A stretch of DNA of 64,000 bases from Candidatus Thorarchaeota archaeon (GCA_048882045.1 JBHLRZ010000006.1:32001-96000), one strand, 5' to 3'. Numbered from the stretch's first letter, positions 41,080 through 51,784 are shown. Translations and numbers: made by a program. Notes: a model not told the origin generated them from the sequence alone.

Positions 41080-42348
41080 CTAGGTCCCCGGACTCTCAAG
41101 GCGTTCTTTGGTTTGAGTTGTCGTTCCTTCATCGCGTTCTCTCCCAAAGAACCAGTAGAAGAGAATGATACTCAACGAGTAGAAGACTGCAGCCACCGCA
41201 AAGGGAGCCCGGAAAAAGCCAGAAGCCAACAACCAGCCAGCAACATTAAGGCCAACAGCTCGACTCAAGGAGTCGCCTGCGTTAATGACCCCCATGGCTG
41301 TTGATCGTTCATCCTTCTCAAGACCCTCCAGGTAAAATACATCCATGACTGGCCAAGCAATATAGATGAACAGAGCTCGACCCACCTGCCCAAACACTGC
41401 TATCGCCAAAGTGGGAGACCAAGCCAATACCACAAGGAACGGAACAGAGAACACCTGGAACCAGATGATAGTACCAAGCTTGCCAAACCTATCGACGATC
41501 TTTGGCGATGCGATCATCCCTGCTGCCTGGATGATTGTGCCAAAGGCAAAGATGATACCAATTGTAGCTGAGTCCAAAGCAAATGCACGTGTGTAGAACA
41601 CATTGAAAAGTTGCACAAATAGTCCAGCACCGAAACCAGACACTGTCCATGCGAGAGCATATTCCCCAATGAACCGATGGTTTCGTACATTGCTGAAGCC
41701 AAATTTCATTTGACCAGACTCGACACGGTCGACAGATAATGGTATGACACTAATGAGACTGAGTGCGAAGGGTATCAGTGCAGTCCAGAGAGAAAGTCGG
41801 TATGCTGAGAAGAGATCAAAAGCAATTCCTAAGCTAGTCCATAATGTAGGAAGGAACCCTCCTATCAGAGATCCAAGAAGACTTGCGAGTAGGAAGAACG
41901 CAAGTCGGATTGTAAAGACGTGAACCCTCTCATCTTCAGTCGTTATGCTGACTGTGTAGGGTTGCCAACAGACATGAACAAACCCGTTTCCAATGCCATA
42001 GAGCACCTGTGAGAATATCAGATAGATAGGAGTCAGGGCAGAGTATTGAATCACAACAGCCAGAAAAACAACGATGTTCCCTACAAGTATAATCCGTTTC
42101 CTAGAATGCCTATCAGCTACCATCCCAGCAAAAATGGCGAGTATTCCAGCTAGGACTGCTGATATCGAGAGAAAGAATCCGAGAAAATCTTCACCAAACC
42201 CAGCTTCTAGAAGATAGAGGTTGAAAAGCACATCGTTTATCCCAAGACCAAACGCCCATAAAACCCAACCCACAATGGTCAATCGAGCGTCCCTTCCGAC
42301 CATTTTCAGCCTAGCAGCATAGCTCAGTTTCTCAGATTCAATCGACAT
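41080..42348 (-). CDS. MFS transporter
   Basis: About 12 TM; GMVADRHSRKR and IVDRFGK loop motifs. Confidence 0.9.
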   Translation of the reverse strand: MSIESEKLSYAARLKMVGRDARLTIVGWVLWAFGLGINDVLFNLYLLEAGFGEDFLGFFLSISAVLAGILAIFAGMVADRHSRKRIILVGNIVVFLAVVIQYSALTPIYLIFSQVLYGIGNGFVHVCWQPYTVSITTEDERVHVFTIRLAFFLLASLLGSLIGGFLPTLWTSLGIAFDLFSAYRLSLWTALIPFALSLISVIPLSVDRVESGQMKFGFSNVRNHRFIGEYALAWTVSGFGAGLFVQLFNVFYTRAFALDSATIGIIFAFGTIIQAAGMIASPKIVDRFGKLGTIIWFQVFSVPFLVVLAWSPTLAIAVFGQVGRALFIYIAWPVMDVFYLEGLEKDERSTAMGVINAGDSLSRAVGLNVAGWLLASGFFRAPFAVAAVFYSLSIILFYWFFGRERDEGTTTQTKERLESPGT

Positions 42349-42506
42349 GGCTATCCGTTCAACTGAACTCCGACTTTTCTTTATTACCTTTAGACAAGCG
42401 CAGATTTACTTTCAGCATGTCTGAACTTACATTACTTCAAAGTAAAGTAATGAGAGGACCGAATATTTTTTAGCTAATGAATGAATATCTCACGCTCGGA
42501 TGCAAC

Positions 42507-42521
42507 AGTAATACTTATTAC
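42507..42521. promoter_or_regulatory. palindromic operator-like site, copy 2
   Basis: AGTAATACTTATTAC followed by GTATTAC/GTATTAT repeats. Confidence 0.55.
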
Positions 42522-42592
42522 GTATTACGTATTATATGTAATGTCTTTGGGTTGTGCTTTCGAGCACTGTACTCGAAGGCAGAGGTCTGGAG

Positions 42593-42931
42593 ATGTATAG
42601 AGAAGATCTGAACAAGTTGGCTGGGTTGGATGCGAGAATCAAAGCAACCTCTAGTACATATTCGATACTCCCTAGATTGACAGGCAATTTGATCAGCGGA
42701 TTGGCGGCGACTATGCTAGCAATTCTATTGCTGATACCTGCAACATGGTTGCCAGGCTTGTTGCTATTGATTTTACCATCGGAGGCTTATCTGATTGATT
42801 GGGCGTATACCAAACTCAGCTCACACTATGAATCAGCAAAAGGTGAAATCTTGGAAATCGGTGAATATTCCAAGCTTGATCGCGGAAAGAATCTTTCAAG
42901 TTGGAGCATATTCTCAGAATTCACGAGATAG
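42593..42931 (+). CDS. small membrane hypothetical protein
   Basis: Central hydrophobic hairpin; ATG 42593 (track start 42554). Confidence 0.55.
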   Translation: MYREDLNKLAGLDARIKATSSTYSILPRLTGNLISGLAATMLAILLLIPATWLPGLLLLILPSEAYLIDWAYTKLSSHYESAKGEILEIGEYSKLDRGKNLSSWSIFSEFTR

Positions 42932-43056
42932 TCACTCCAGAATAGTAAGGACAGGAGTCACTTACTTTTTGGACTGTGGCTCCTGTTGATTTTTCTTGGC
43001 GTTTTGCAGAAGAGCTCATAAGGTGCAATCTTTGTTTCAGTTCAAGTGGTTCATTC

Positions 43057-44076
43057 ATGAGGCAGACAAGTGTTTTGTTTATTTGGAAAGTCAGAGAGGA
43101 ACTCAGAGACTATTTGATTGAGGGTCTCTCTGGAGTAGAGAATATTGAATTGGAATTTCTTGATGATGTTTCAGAAGAGAACCTCATGAAGTATGCACCG
43201 AAGGCGGACATTCTTGTTGGTTGGAGACCCTCAAGAACTCTCTTGGATGCAGCCACACAATTCCGTCTATTCATCAATCCAGGAGTCGGAGTCCAGCATC
43301 ATCTTGAAACTTTCAGAGAGTTGATCAAGACAAGGGAGGTCATCCTGATCAATGGTCATGGAAATACATACTTCACTGCACAACATGCGGTAGCACTCCT
43401 GTTATCTCTGACAAACAAGATCATACCTCATCATGGATGGATGAAAGAAGGCAAGTGGAGAAAGGGAGATGAATCAGCAAAATCGATTCCATTACGAGAT
43501 CGCCAAATTGGGCTATTGGGCTATGGGGCTGTGAATTCCAAAGTCCACAAGTTCCTCTCTGGATTTGATGTCAGATTTCATGTATGTCGTCGGTCTTGGC
43601 CAGTCGAGTCAATCACTCTTCCGACGCCTGTGAAGAAATACTCCACCTCTGAGCTTCACGAATTTCTCAGCGAGGTTGATACACTCATAGTGGGAGTACC
43701 CCAGACTCCTGAAACCATAGGACTGATAGGAAAAAAGGAACTTGAGCTTCTTGGAGAGGGGGGTCTCGTTGTTACTATAGCCAGAGGTCTCGTAATAGGA
43801 GAGGAGGCATTCTACAATGCACTTGTGGAGAAGAAGATTGCTGGGGCTGGCATTGATGTCTGGTACGAATACAATCCAGAAGATGACTCTGAAGGGAAGA
43901 AGTATCCTTACTCATATCCATTTCATGACCTGGACAATGTTGTCCTCTCACCGCATCGTGGCGCATCACCAATGGACGACCTCAAACGATGGGACGAGGT
44001 CATTGAGAATATTACTCGTTTTGCCCAAGGTAAAGATGAGTTCATCAATGTTGTGGACCTTGAACGTGGCTATTAA
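43057..44076 (+). CDS. D-isomer specific 2-hydroxyacid dehydrogenase
   Basis: GLLGYGAV, VPQTPET.GLI, IARG, AGIDVW, LSPHRG; track start 42976. Confidence 0.9.
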   Translation: MRQTSVLFIWKVREELRDYLIEGLSGVENIELEFLDDVSEENLMKYAPKADILVGWRPSRTLLDAATQFRLFINPGVGVQHHLETFRELIKTREVILINGHGNTYFTAQHAVALLLSLTNKIIPHHGWMKEGKWRKGDESAKSIPLRDRQIGLLGYGAVNSKVHKFLSGFDVRFHVCRRSWPVESITLPTPVKKYSTSELHEFLSEVDTLIVGVPQTPETIGLIGKKELELLGEGGLVVTIARGLVIGEEAFYNALVEKKIAGAGIDVWYEYNPEDDSEGKKYPYSYPFHDLDNVVLSPHRGASPMDDLKRWDEVIENITRFAQGKDEFINVVDLERGY

Positions 44077-45011
44077 ACCTCTTCAAGTTCATCTGTCTTC
44101 AGAGTAAGCTTTCGTGGGTTTGCCAGGAGGCTGACCTCATACCTATGTTGTGTTGGTTCCCACTTCCCTTTCTTCCACTTGTGGAATCCATCATTGATCT
44201 TCTCTCGTATCTGACCGCGAAATGCAATCATAACAGAGAAGCATTGGAGTACTCTACAAAACCACTCATTGTCAGCTAGAACTGGGTCCTTAATCTTAAC
44301 TGTAAACTCCCCGCCGAGGTCTCCAAACTTACTGTCAATCTGAGCGACTTTCTTATGACCATTCAGACGAATGACGTGGAAGTCATCACCAAGTGTTGCA
44401 CGAGTACCTTCAATCCTAAAAGCTTCAAATGTTCCCTTGGGCCCAATGATGTAGAAGGAGTAGTTTTCGGTAGACATACCACCCCGCCGGAGTTGTTTTA
44501 CCCATGTCACAAACTCACTCTCCCGAGAGAGGACAGTGAATGCAATCAGAGGCTCATCTGATACAAAACTAATGGCATACTCCTCAGCCACCATCTCCTC
44601 CATCGTGGCAATCCAACCACCACTGTTTGAAAAAAGTTTGATAACAAGTCGTCTATCTAGTTCATCTGCTTTAGCCCACAACGATTGCCGGAGGATGATA
44701 AAACCTATCTTCTTGACAGGAGGCGACTTCTGTTTGTCGTTTGTACGTCGGCCTTCATCGATCTTTCCTATGATATCGGCATCTCTGGAAAACTGCCTGC
44801 TCTTTGACCGCCACATCTCCTCCTGACGGAAGCCAATCTCTTCAGTATGAAAACCAGTAGAATAGAGATCTTGTGAAAAGACTCGATAGATAGGTCCGAC
44901 TTTACGCTCCTTTTCCTTAGGCATTCGCATCACTTGTTCTTGCAGATGGTGGTTGCTGTGATAAGTCTTAGTCCCAGTACCAATCTCTTGATTTGTAGAT
45001 TCATTCGACAA
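44073..45011 (-). CDS. hypothetical protein, Tubby-C/LURP-one/scramblase-like beta-barrel
   Basis: Serial beta-hairpins (DDFHVIRLNGHKKVAQIDSKF..GGEFTVKI) ending in a hydrophobic helix; start may be 44930. Confidence 0.55.
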   Translation of the reverse strand: MSNESTNQEIGTGTKTYHSNHHLQEQVMRMPKEKERKVGPIYRVFSQDLYSTGFHTEEIGFRQEEMWRSKSRQFSRDADIIGKIDEGRRTNDKQKSPPVKKIGFIILRQSLWAKADELDRRLVIKLFSNSGGWIATMEEMVAEEYAISFVSDEPLIAFTVLSRESEFVTWVKQLRRGGMSTENYSFYIIGPKGTFEAFRIEGTRATLGDDFHVIRLNGHKKVAQIDSKFGDLGGEFTVKIKDPVLADNEWFCRVLQCFSVMIAFRGQIREKINDGFHKWKKGKWEPTQHRYEVSLLANPRKLTLKTDELEEV

Positions 45012-45060
45012 CTCACAACATTCTTATGGCAGACTTTGATGGTGAATCACCCGTTGGCCT

Positions 45061-46671
45061 ATGTGGGAAGAACTAACGATTGCCTTCAACATCATTGGTG
45101 GGCTTGCTCTCTTTATGTATGGTGTGACTCTTCTTAGAGAAACACTAGGTAAGATATCAGGCAAGCGAGTCGTGAGGATTCTCGAAAAGGTGAGCAACAA
45201 TCCTGTCAAGGGGATGGGTGCTGGGACAGCAGCCACTGTTATGACTCAGAGCTCGAGTATCACTGTGCTGACCTTGATTGGTTTTGTCAATGCAGGAATG
45301 ATGACATTCAGGCAATCTGTAAATGTTATGTTAGGTTCAGAGATTGGAACAACGGTAACAGCACAACTGGTATCATTCGAAGTGGGAGTAATTTTCTGGC
45401 CCTTAGTTGCCATCGGATTTTTCATGAAAATGTTTTCTAAGAATGAGAGAATACAACTCGTCGGGACTGTGATTTTTAGTCTTGGCCTCTTGTTCCTAGC
45501 AATGGACTTCATGAAGGAAGGAGCCAAACCATTAACAACCGACTATCCATTCTTTAGAAATCTCATCAATGACTATGGAGCAGTTCCTATCATTGGGATA
45601 TTGATTGGTGCATTAATAGCAGGAGTTACTCAGAGTAGCTCAGCAACAACAAGCCTCGTCATAGCAATGGGTGCTGCAGGTGCAATAGATCTCGGCCCAG
45701 GTATTGCGTTAGTTATGGGTGCCAACATTGGCACATGCTTTCTTGAGCTGTTTGCAGGTATTGGAGCGAGTACACCTGCGAAGCGTACTGCCATCGCTCA
45801 AGCAATCATCAATGTCGTGGGAGTGGTCATTTTCTTGCCTTTCCTAGCACCTTTTACAGATTTAGTAGTCATGACAGATACTAGTCTCACTCGTCAGATT
45901 GCTAACGCTCATACAATATTCAATATTATAGTGAGTCTGATTTTCATCCCTCTAGTTGGAGGACTTGTGAAGTTGTGTGAAAGATTGATACCCGATAAGG
46001 AAGGTGAGGTCATTGGACGACACTTCTTTGATGAGGAGATGCTTCACATGCCACAGGCAGCCCTAATGGAGTCAGAACGTGAAGCCCTTCGTACAGCAGA
46101 GAAGACAATCGATATGATCGTTCTGAGTAAGAGTGCACTTCTCTCAAGAAACATGGAGGATGCTATGAAGGTCATTCAGCTTGAGGATGAGGTTGATGAG
46201 AGCTGTAGAAGTACAGAGGACTTCATCGATTTGATTCGAGAAGAAGAATTGAACAAGGAAGATCAGATTTGGAGAATCAAACTACTCGCCATACTTACTG
46301 ATATAGAACGAGTCGGGGATCTTGCATCAAACATTGCAGGATTTACTCTTGATCAGCTCAAGAATGGGATATTCTTCTCTGATGAGGCTGTGAGAGAGAT
46401 TGGCCAGATGTTCGATCTCGTTGAAGAGGCATACTCAACTGCTATCGAATCACTCATGACAAGGAACAAGGACCTGGCTAAGGTTGCTGAACAGCTCGAG
46501 GATGATGTGGACAAACTTGAAAGGGAATTGAAAGCGTCCCATGTAAAACGAATGCGTACAGGTGTTTGCGATCCTCAAGCAGACGCAGTGTTCGTTGAAA
46601 CTCTGCGGAATCTTGAGAGAATCAGTGATCATGCTGACAACATCGCCTATGATGTCATCATGGACACGTGA
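45061..46671 (+). CDS. Na+/phosphate cotransporter with PhoU domains
   Basis: Repeated QSSS motifs, GSEIGT/GANIGT, PhoU repeats DIERVGDLA and LERISDHA. Confidence 0.93.
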   Translation: MWEELTIAFNIIGGLALFMYGVTLLRETLGKISGKRVVRILEKVSNNPVKGMGAGTAATVMTQSSSITVLTLIGFVNAGMMTFRQSVNVMLGSEIGTTVTAQLVSFEVGVIFWPLVAIGFFMKMFSKNERIQLVGTVIFSLGLLFLAMDFMKEGAKPLTTDYPFFRNLINDYGAVPIIGILIGALIAGVTQSSSATTSLVIAMGAAGAIDLGPGIALVMGANIGTCFLELFAGIGASTPAKRTAIAQAIINVVGVVIFLPFLAPFTDLVVMTDTSLTRQIANAHTIFNIIVSLIFIPLVGGLVKLCERLIPDKEGEVIGRHFFDEEMLHMPQAALMESEREALRTAEKTIDMIVLSKSALLSRNMEDAMKVIQLEDEVDESCRSTEDFIDLIREEELNKEDQIWRIKLLAILTDIERVGDLASNIAGFTLDQLKNGIFFSDEAVREIGQMFDLVEEAYSTAIESLMTRNKDLAKVAEQLEDDVDKLERELKASHVKRMRTGVCDPQADAVFVETLRNLERISDHADNIAYDVIMDT

Positions 46672-46723
46672 CTTGCGCGTTTGGAGTGGGAGAAACCTGT
46701 ATTTCTGCTATATGGGTTGTTTC

Positions 46724-48172
46724 TCAGTTGTCATCAACATCCTTGTACACTTCACCTAGGCCACCTGCTCGTGTCATTCTCTCAGGCGACAGAAGCGCAT
46801 CAAGTTGTTCTTCCTTGAGGAGACCTTCACCAAGCACGATATCCCGAATTGACTTTCCTGTTTCGAGCGCCGTCTTTGCTATGCGAGATGCAGCTTTGTA
46901 TCCAATGATTGGATTCAAAGCTGTGACTATGCCAATGCTTCGATGTACGACATTCAAACCAACAGGATTGGGTTTGATTCCTTTAATGCACTTCTCTGTG
47001 AATATGGGGATAGAGTTTCGAAGAATCTTGAGGGCTTGGAAAAAGTTGTATGCGATGACGGGTTCAAAGGCATTGAGCTCCAACTGTCCAGATTGAGCAG
47101 CCATTGAGATGACAAGATCATGCCCCATAACCTGGAAAGCAACCTGTGTGACCATTTCCGGTATCACAGGATTTACCTTCCCGGGCATAATCGAGGAACC
47201 AGGTTGAACCGGTGGGAGTATAATCTCGTGGAAACCACCAATAGGACCAGAAGATAGGATGATGAGATCCCCGCATATCTTGGATAGATTGGTGGCGATG
47301 ACTCTAAGAAGACCAGAAGCATGAACAAACTCATCTGAGTTTTGGGTTTCGTCAACGAGATTCTCAGCAGTTGTCAAATCCTTTATCCCAGTGACTTCGC
47401 GCAGGTGTTTTGCAGCAAGAGAAATGTATTCTGGATCAGCATTCAGTGAGGTCCCAATTGCTGTAGCACCGATATTATGGGTTGTTAAGACTTCAATCGC
47501 CCAGTGGATTCGTTGTAAATCTCTCTTGAGAGCAGCAGACCAGGCTCCGAACTCTTGTCCTAAGGTGATCGGAACGGCATCCTGCATTTCTGTGCGGCCC
47601 AACTTGAGGGTGTCCTTGAAGGCTTCAGCCTTGTCATCCAGTGCTTTTGTTAGCCGTTGTAGATTCTCTGAAAGAGCTTGAAACCCATGGATTGTGGCAA
47701 TCTTGATTGCTGTGGGATAGACATCATTCGTAGATTGACTCATGTTTACATGGTCGTTCGCTGAAATTGGAATCTGAGTATTGATTGGGTGACCAAGAAT
47801 CTCATTGGATCTGGAAGCAATGACCTCGTTGACACACATGTTTGTCGAGGTTCCTGCACCTCCCTGTAGCATGTCAACATCAAACTGCTCCTCTAGTGCA
47901 CCATCTATTATTTCATCGCAAGCCTGGATGATTGCATTGGCATACTTCTTACTGATATGATTGAGCTCCAAATTAGCCAAAGTGCATGCTTTCTTGACCA
48001 TTGCCATTGCATGAATGAGTGTTGAGTAGTTATAGAGCCGGACAAGCGAAACACCAAAATTCTCCTGAGCACGGAGTGTTTGTATTCCCCAATAGGCATC
48101 CTTTGGGACTTGTCTAGTTCCTAAGAGGTCACTCTCTTCGCGATATTGTTCTTCAGGACTCATGTACCTCAC
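46724..48172 (-). CDS. aspA: aspartate ammonia-lyase
   Basis: YWGIQTLRA, GGAGTSTNM, SQSTND, GSSIMPGKVNP, GQLELN. Confidence 0.92.
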   Translation of the reverse strand: MRYMSPEEQYREESDLLGTRQVPKDAYWGIQTLRAQENFGVSLVRLYNYSTLIHAMAMVKKACTLANLELNHISKKYANAIIQACDEIIDGALEEQFDVDMLQGGAGTSTNMCVNEVIASRSNEILGHPINTQIPISANDHVNMSQSTNDVYPTAIKIATIHGFQALSENLQRLTKALDDKAEAFKDTLKLGRTEMQDAVPITLGQEFGAWSAALKRDLQRIHWAIEVLTTHNIGATAIGTSLNADPEYISLAAKHLREVTGIKDLTTAENLVDETQNSDEFVHASGLLRVIATNLSKICGDLIILSSGPIGGFHEIILPPVQPGSSIMPGKVNPVIPEMVTQVAFQVMGHDLVISMAAQSGQLELNAFEPVIAYNFFQALKILRNSIPIFTEKCIKGIKPNPVGLNVVHRSIGIVTALNPIIGYKAASRIAKTALETGKSIRDIVLGEGLLKEEQLDALLSPERMTRAGGLGEVYKDVDDN

Positions 48173-48208
48173 ACAATATCTGACTGGATTCAGCCTGTTA
48201 ATAGGTTA

Positions 48209-49795
48209 TTAGAAGCCGGCAGCTTGACCATCCTTTCGATAATCAGATCCTGCAATCCAAGCATCTTCATTAATTCTGAGGATGACCTGTCCTCCACCAT
48301 AGTAATGCAGTGTCTCGGAATGATCAAACCTATGTCCCAGCTTTTGAAGTTCTCCCTCAACATACAGCGGAATTCCCATCTCTAGTCCAACAGTGTTTGT
48401 CACATGATCATGATCGAACCTTGGGAAATCCACGGCTTCTTGAGGGGACATCTTGTAGTCTACTAGATGACTCACAAATTGTCCGTGGGCTTGGGCCTGG
48501 TGTGCGCCACCCATGATTCCAAAAACGCCCCAGAGTTTGTTTTTCTGATACAATGCTCCTGGGATGATGGTATGAAACGGCAACTTGTTTGGTGCATAGC
48601 AGTTTGGATGATTCGGATCAAATGAAAAGAGATGTCCTCTGTTCTGGAGTTTGATTCCAGTACCTGGAGCAACCAATCCACTTCCTATTCCCATATACAG
48701 ACTATTGATGAATGACACTGCGTTACCGTCACCATCAGCAGTACAGAAATATACGGTGTCAGAACCAAGAGAGAGCCCAGAAGAGTAATCCTCCAATGCA
48801 GAGGTAAGACTGATCATCTTGGCTCGTTCTTTTGCATACTCCTTTGACAGTAGTTTTTCTAGTGGAACTTTATAGGAGGAAGGATCTGCACAGTGTTGAT
48901 GCAGGTCGCCATAGGCTAGTTTCTTCGCCTCTATCATGATATGAAACCGTTCTTCACTGAGTGAATCAAACTCTGTGAAATCAAAACGCTCCATGATGTT
49001 GAGCATGGAGAGAGCAGCGAATCCCTGACTATTGGGCGGATGCTCATAGACATTAACGCCACGATAATTTGTGGAGATTGCTTCAGTCTGTTGAGTCTTG
49101 TGTGACTCGAGATCGTCTAGAGTAAGAAAACCTCCGTGTTCTTGAACAGTATCGACCATTGATTTAGCAATCTCACCAGTGTAGAAGACATCTGGACCGT
49201 CCTTTCCAACCTTCTCAAAGACGTTGGCTAGGTCCTTGTTCTTCATCGTCTGACCAACCTGGGGCGCTCGGTCATTAATTGTATAGACTCTACGAGCTTC
49301 TTCATTCTGAAAGACAGACAAGACAAAAGGCCAATATCCGCCGATTATGGGCGATACTGGAAATCCATTCCGAGCGTAGTATATTGCAGGACCCAGAACA
49401 TCCTTGAGCTCGAGAGCACCATGCTTCTCGATAACAGTAGTCCAAAGATGCAGAGCTCCTGGTACCGTGACAGGAGGACCTCCACGTGGTGGCATTTCTG
49501 TCCATCCCTTATCTAGAAGATCCTGTAGGGTGGCAAGAGACCCCGATCTACCTGAGCCATTATAGCTCAAAGGCTTGGTCTTACCATCAAGATGGATGAG
49601 TGTAAAGGCGTCACCACCGCATCCAGTGCTGAATGGTTCTACAACATCAAGAACAGCTGCTGCAGCCACAGCCGCATCAATTGCATTGCCACCCTTGCGG
49701 AGGATCTCCAATCCAGCCTGAGTAGCAAGGGGTTGTGAGGTTGCTACGATACCTCTCTTTGCAAGCACATCTGACCGACTAGTACGTACATTCAA
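48209..49795 (-). CDS. ggt: gamma-glutamyltransferase
   Basis: GGNAIDAA, GGDAF, VPG, nucleophile DTVYF, GVFGIMGG, DYRKDG. Confidence 0.93.
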   Translation of the reverse strand: MNVRTSRSDVLAKRGIVATSQPLATQAGLEILRKGGNAIDAAVAAAAVLDVVEPFSTGCGGDAFTLIHLDGKTKPLSYNGSGRSGSLATLQDLLDKGWTEMPPRGGPPVTVPGALHLWTTVIEKHGALELKDVLGPAIYYARNGFPVSPIIGGYWPFVLSVFQNEEARRVYTINDRAPQVGQTMKNKDLANVFEKVGKDGPDVFYTGEIAKSMVDTVQEHGGFLTLDDLESHKTQQTEAISTNYRGVNVYEHPPNSQGFAALSMLNIMERFDFTEFDSLSEERFHIMIEAKKLAYGDLHQHCADPSSYKVPLEKLLSKEYAKERAKMISLTSALEDYSSGLSLGSDTVYFCTADGDGNAVSFINSLYMGIGSGLVAPGTGIKLQNRGHLFSFDPNHPNCYAPNKLPFHTIIPGALYQKNKLWGVFGIMGGAHQAQAHGQFVSHLVDYKMSPQEAVDFPRFDHDHVTNTVGLEMGIPLYVEGELQKLGHRFDHSETLHYYGGGQVILRINEDAWIAGSDYRKDGQAAGF

Positions 49796-49814
49796 TTCCT
49801 ACAATCCTCCGAGG

Positions 49815-51203
49815 TTATTCATCAGAACCATGAATTAGGGGAAAGTCTTGATCTTTCCAAGCTTTTAATCCATCCATAGACACCTTGACATCAGTCTTAC
49901 CTTCTCGCAAGAGGATGCTAGCTGCTGTAGTACCTCTGTTTCCACGAGGACATATTGTTGCGATGAAACGGTCAGAGTCAATCGTAGCAGCCTCTTCTCC
50001 AAAATCTGAGAGGGGAATACTTCTAGAGCCTTCGATCCGTTCCTCAACAAACTCATGGGGTTCTCTGACATCGATGATGTCTAGTTCAGAGCGAGTCTGA
50101 TATGCACCAAAGACTTCTAATGACATCGATTCAATCGACCGAAGCTCCCTACCACTCTTTGTCCAAGATTCAATGCCATTCCTAAGATACCCACGAATGT
50201 CATCATAACCAATCCTGTGCAACATTGCCTTTGCTAGTTTCAGTTCATCCATATTGTTCTCAAATATAATTGAGAAGTTCTGGGTAGGTCTTAATGCCAA
50301 ACCAACTAGCAATCCCATGTTGTGAATACTGAGACTGATTGTACCAGGGATGTGACCTACTGTGAATTGTAGGGATGAGCGTATGTCAATTGCGCGATGC
50401 TTCTCCTGTTTAAGGAGTGTTTCAAACTCTCCTATCTCCACCTCACGAGCGATTGGTTGTTCGGACAGTAATGGAGCACCGATTGTGTTAAGATGCTCAC
50501 AGTGCTTGAAGTAAGACGCAGTTGTGAGGCGTTGCTTGACCTTTCTTTGAATGAATTCGTCTTCTTCCATACTCAGCCATATGTTGTGTTTCCGTTCGAA
50601 ACCGATAGTTGAAAACTCACGTGAGCCTATATCACCACCACAGACCGAGCCCGATCCATGTCCAGGACGGATGACTACTCCATCAGGAAGCTTCAGCAAC
50701 CTCTCGTGGAGACTGTGGTACATCTTGCGAGACATATCTTCGTGTTTCTTGATATCAACTAGGTCGGTTCGACCAACCGAGTTTACAAAAAGGGTATCTC
50801 CAGTGAATGCAACGATTGGGTCGGTACTGACTGATCTGTCTGCGACCACATAGCACATGCTGTCATCAGTATGGCCAGGGGTGTTCAAACAGGTGATGAG
50901 CATGTCACCAACTGTAATTGTATCTTGGTCATCGAGATTGATGTTTCCATACTTGAACGAGGTTGCCTTGGAATGTGCAATCTTGGATTCAGGAAACGTT
51001 GAGTGTAACTCGAGAGATCCTATGACATAGTCCTCGTTTCTATGGGTTTCAAGAATGTGGGTGATGGCAACCTCTGATCTTTCAGCGAGTCGTGTATAGA
51101 CTTCAACATCACGACGAGGATCGATGACTACGGCCTCATCGCGAGACACAACAAAATATGACAAGGATGCAAGTCCTTCAGATTTGATAGTAGAAATTTT
51201 CAT
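49815..51203 (-). CDS. MBL-fold hydrolase fused to rhodanese domains (persulfide dioxygenase-like)
   Basis: IDPRRD, ETHRNEDY, TPGHT, FTGDTLF, PGHGSGSVCG, DVREPHEF, active-site CPRGNR; track start 51269. Confidence 0.9.
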   Translation of the reverse strand: MKISTIKSEGLASLSYFVVSRDEAVVIDPRRDVEVYTRLAERSEVAITHILETHRNEDYVIGSLELHSTFPESKIAHSKATSFKYGNINLDDQDTITVGDMLITCLNTPGHTDDSMCYVVADRSVSTDPIVAFTGDTLFVNSVGRTDLVDIKKHEDMSRKMYHSLHERLLKLPDGVVIRPGHGSGSVCGGDIGSREFSTIGFERKHNIWLSMEEDEFIQRKVKQRLTTASYFKHCEHLNTIGAPLLSEQPIAREVEIGEFETLLKQEKHRAIDIRSSLQFTVGHIPGTISLSIHNMGLLVGLALRPTQNFSIIFENNMDELKLAKAMLHRIGYDDIRGYLRNGIESWTKSGRELRSIESMSLEVFGAYQTRSELDIIDVREPHEFVEERIEGSRSIPLSDFGEEAATIDSDRFIATICPRGNRGTTAASILLREGKTDVKVSMDGLKAWKDQDFPLIHGSDE

Positions 51204-51304
51204 CGAACGCCTCAGTAGCATTTCTATAATCAGTCTTTTAAGAATAGGGACGTTCAGAAACGAGACCAAAGATTAAACAGCAGGATATCCAGATTGTACT
51301 TGCT

Positions 51305-51784
51305 ATGGCCGACGATCAATGTGATGACCAGACGATGCAAGATGAAGGCATCATTGTAGACGCGCCTCTTGAGATTCTAAGAGAGGGGGCTAGAAAGGTC
51401 CTGTTTGATTTCAATGAGAGCATCTTTGACAGGGATGGAGAACCACGGAAAGACGAGAGTGAGATTCATCCCGGTGATACAGTCCTGTTTGTGGAGAAAA
51501 TTCCAACCTGTCCAGCTCGTATTGTAGCAGTGTATATCATCAGAAACTTCTGGTATGTAAATGCTACTTCTGAAACACCAAAGGGAGGGTATCCATCAGG
51601 AAGAGACGCAATGAAGGCTGCAGAATTAGATGAACAGAATTTGAAAATCTTGGAACGGTTTCTGATTGAGAAGGAAGGCAGAGGCAGTGTGAGAGATGTT
51701 GATGATTGGAAACCAGATCTAAAGAAAGAGGCGGTTGATGTACTCGGTATCGTAAAACAGGCGACCAGAAAGTGGAATCGTTAG
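51305..51784 (+). CDS. hypothetical protein
   Basis: 159-aa ORF filling the gap with protein-like composition. Confidence 0.7.
   Translation: MADDQCDDQTMQDEGIIVDAPLEILREGARKVLFDFNESIFDRDGEPRKDESEIHPGDTVLFVEKIPTCPARIVAVYIIRNFWYVNATSETPKGGYPSGRDAMKAAELDEQNLKILERFLIEKEGRGSVRDVDDWKPDLKKEAVDVLGIVKQATRKWNR

Noticed and set aside
40610-42545. CRISPR array or transposon ends from the 15-bp repeat
   Set aside because: Only two copies 1.9 kb apart, with no spacers, transposase or integrase.
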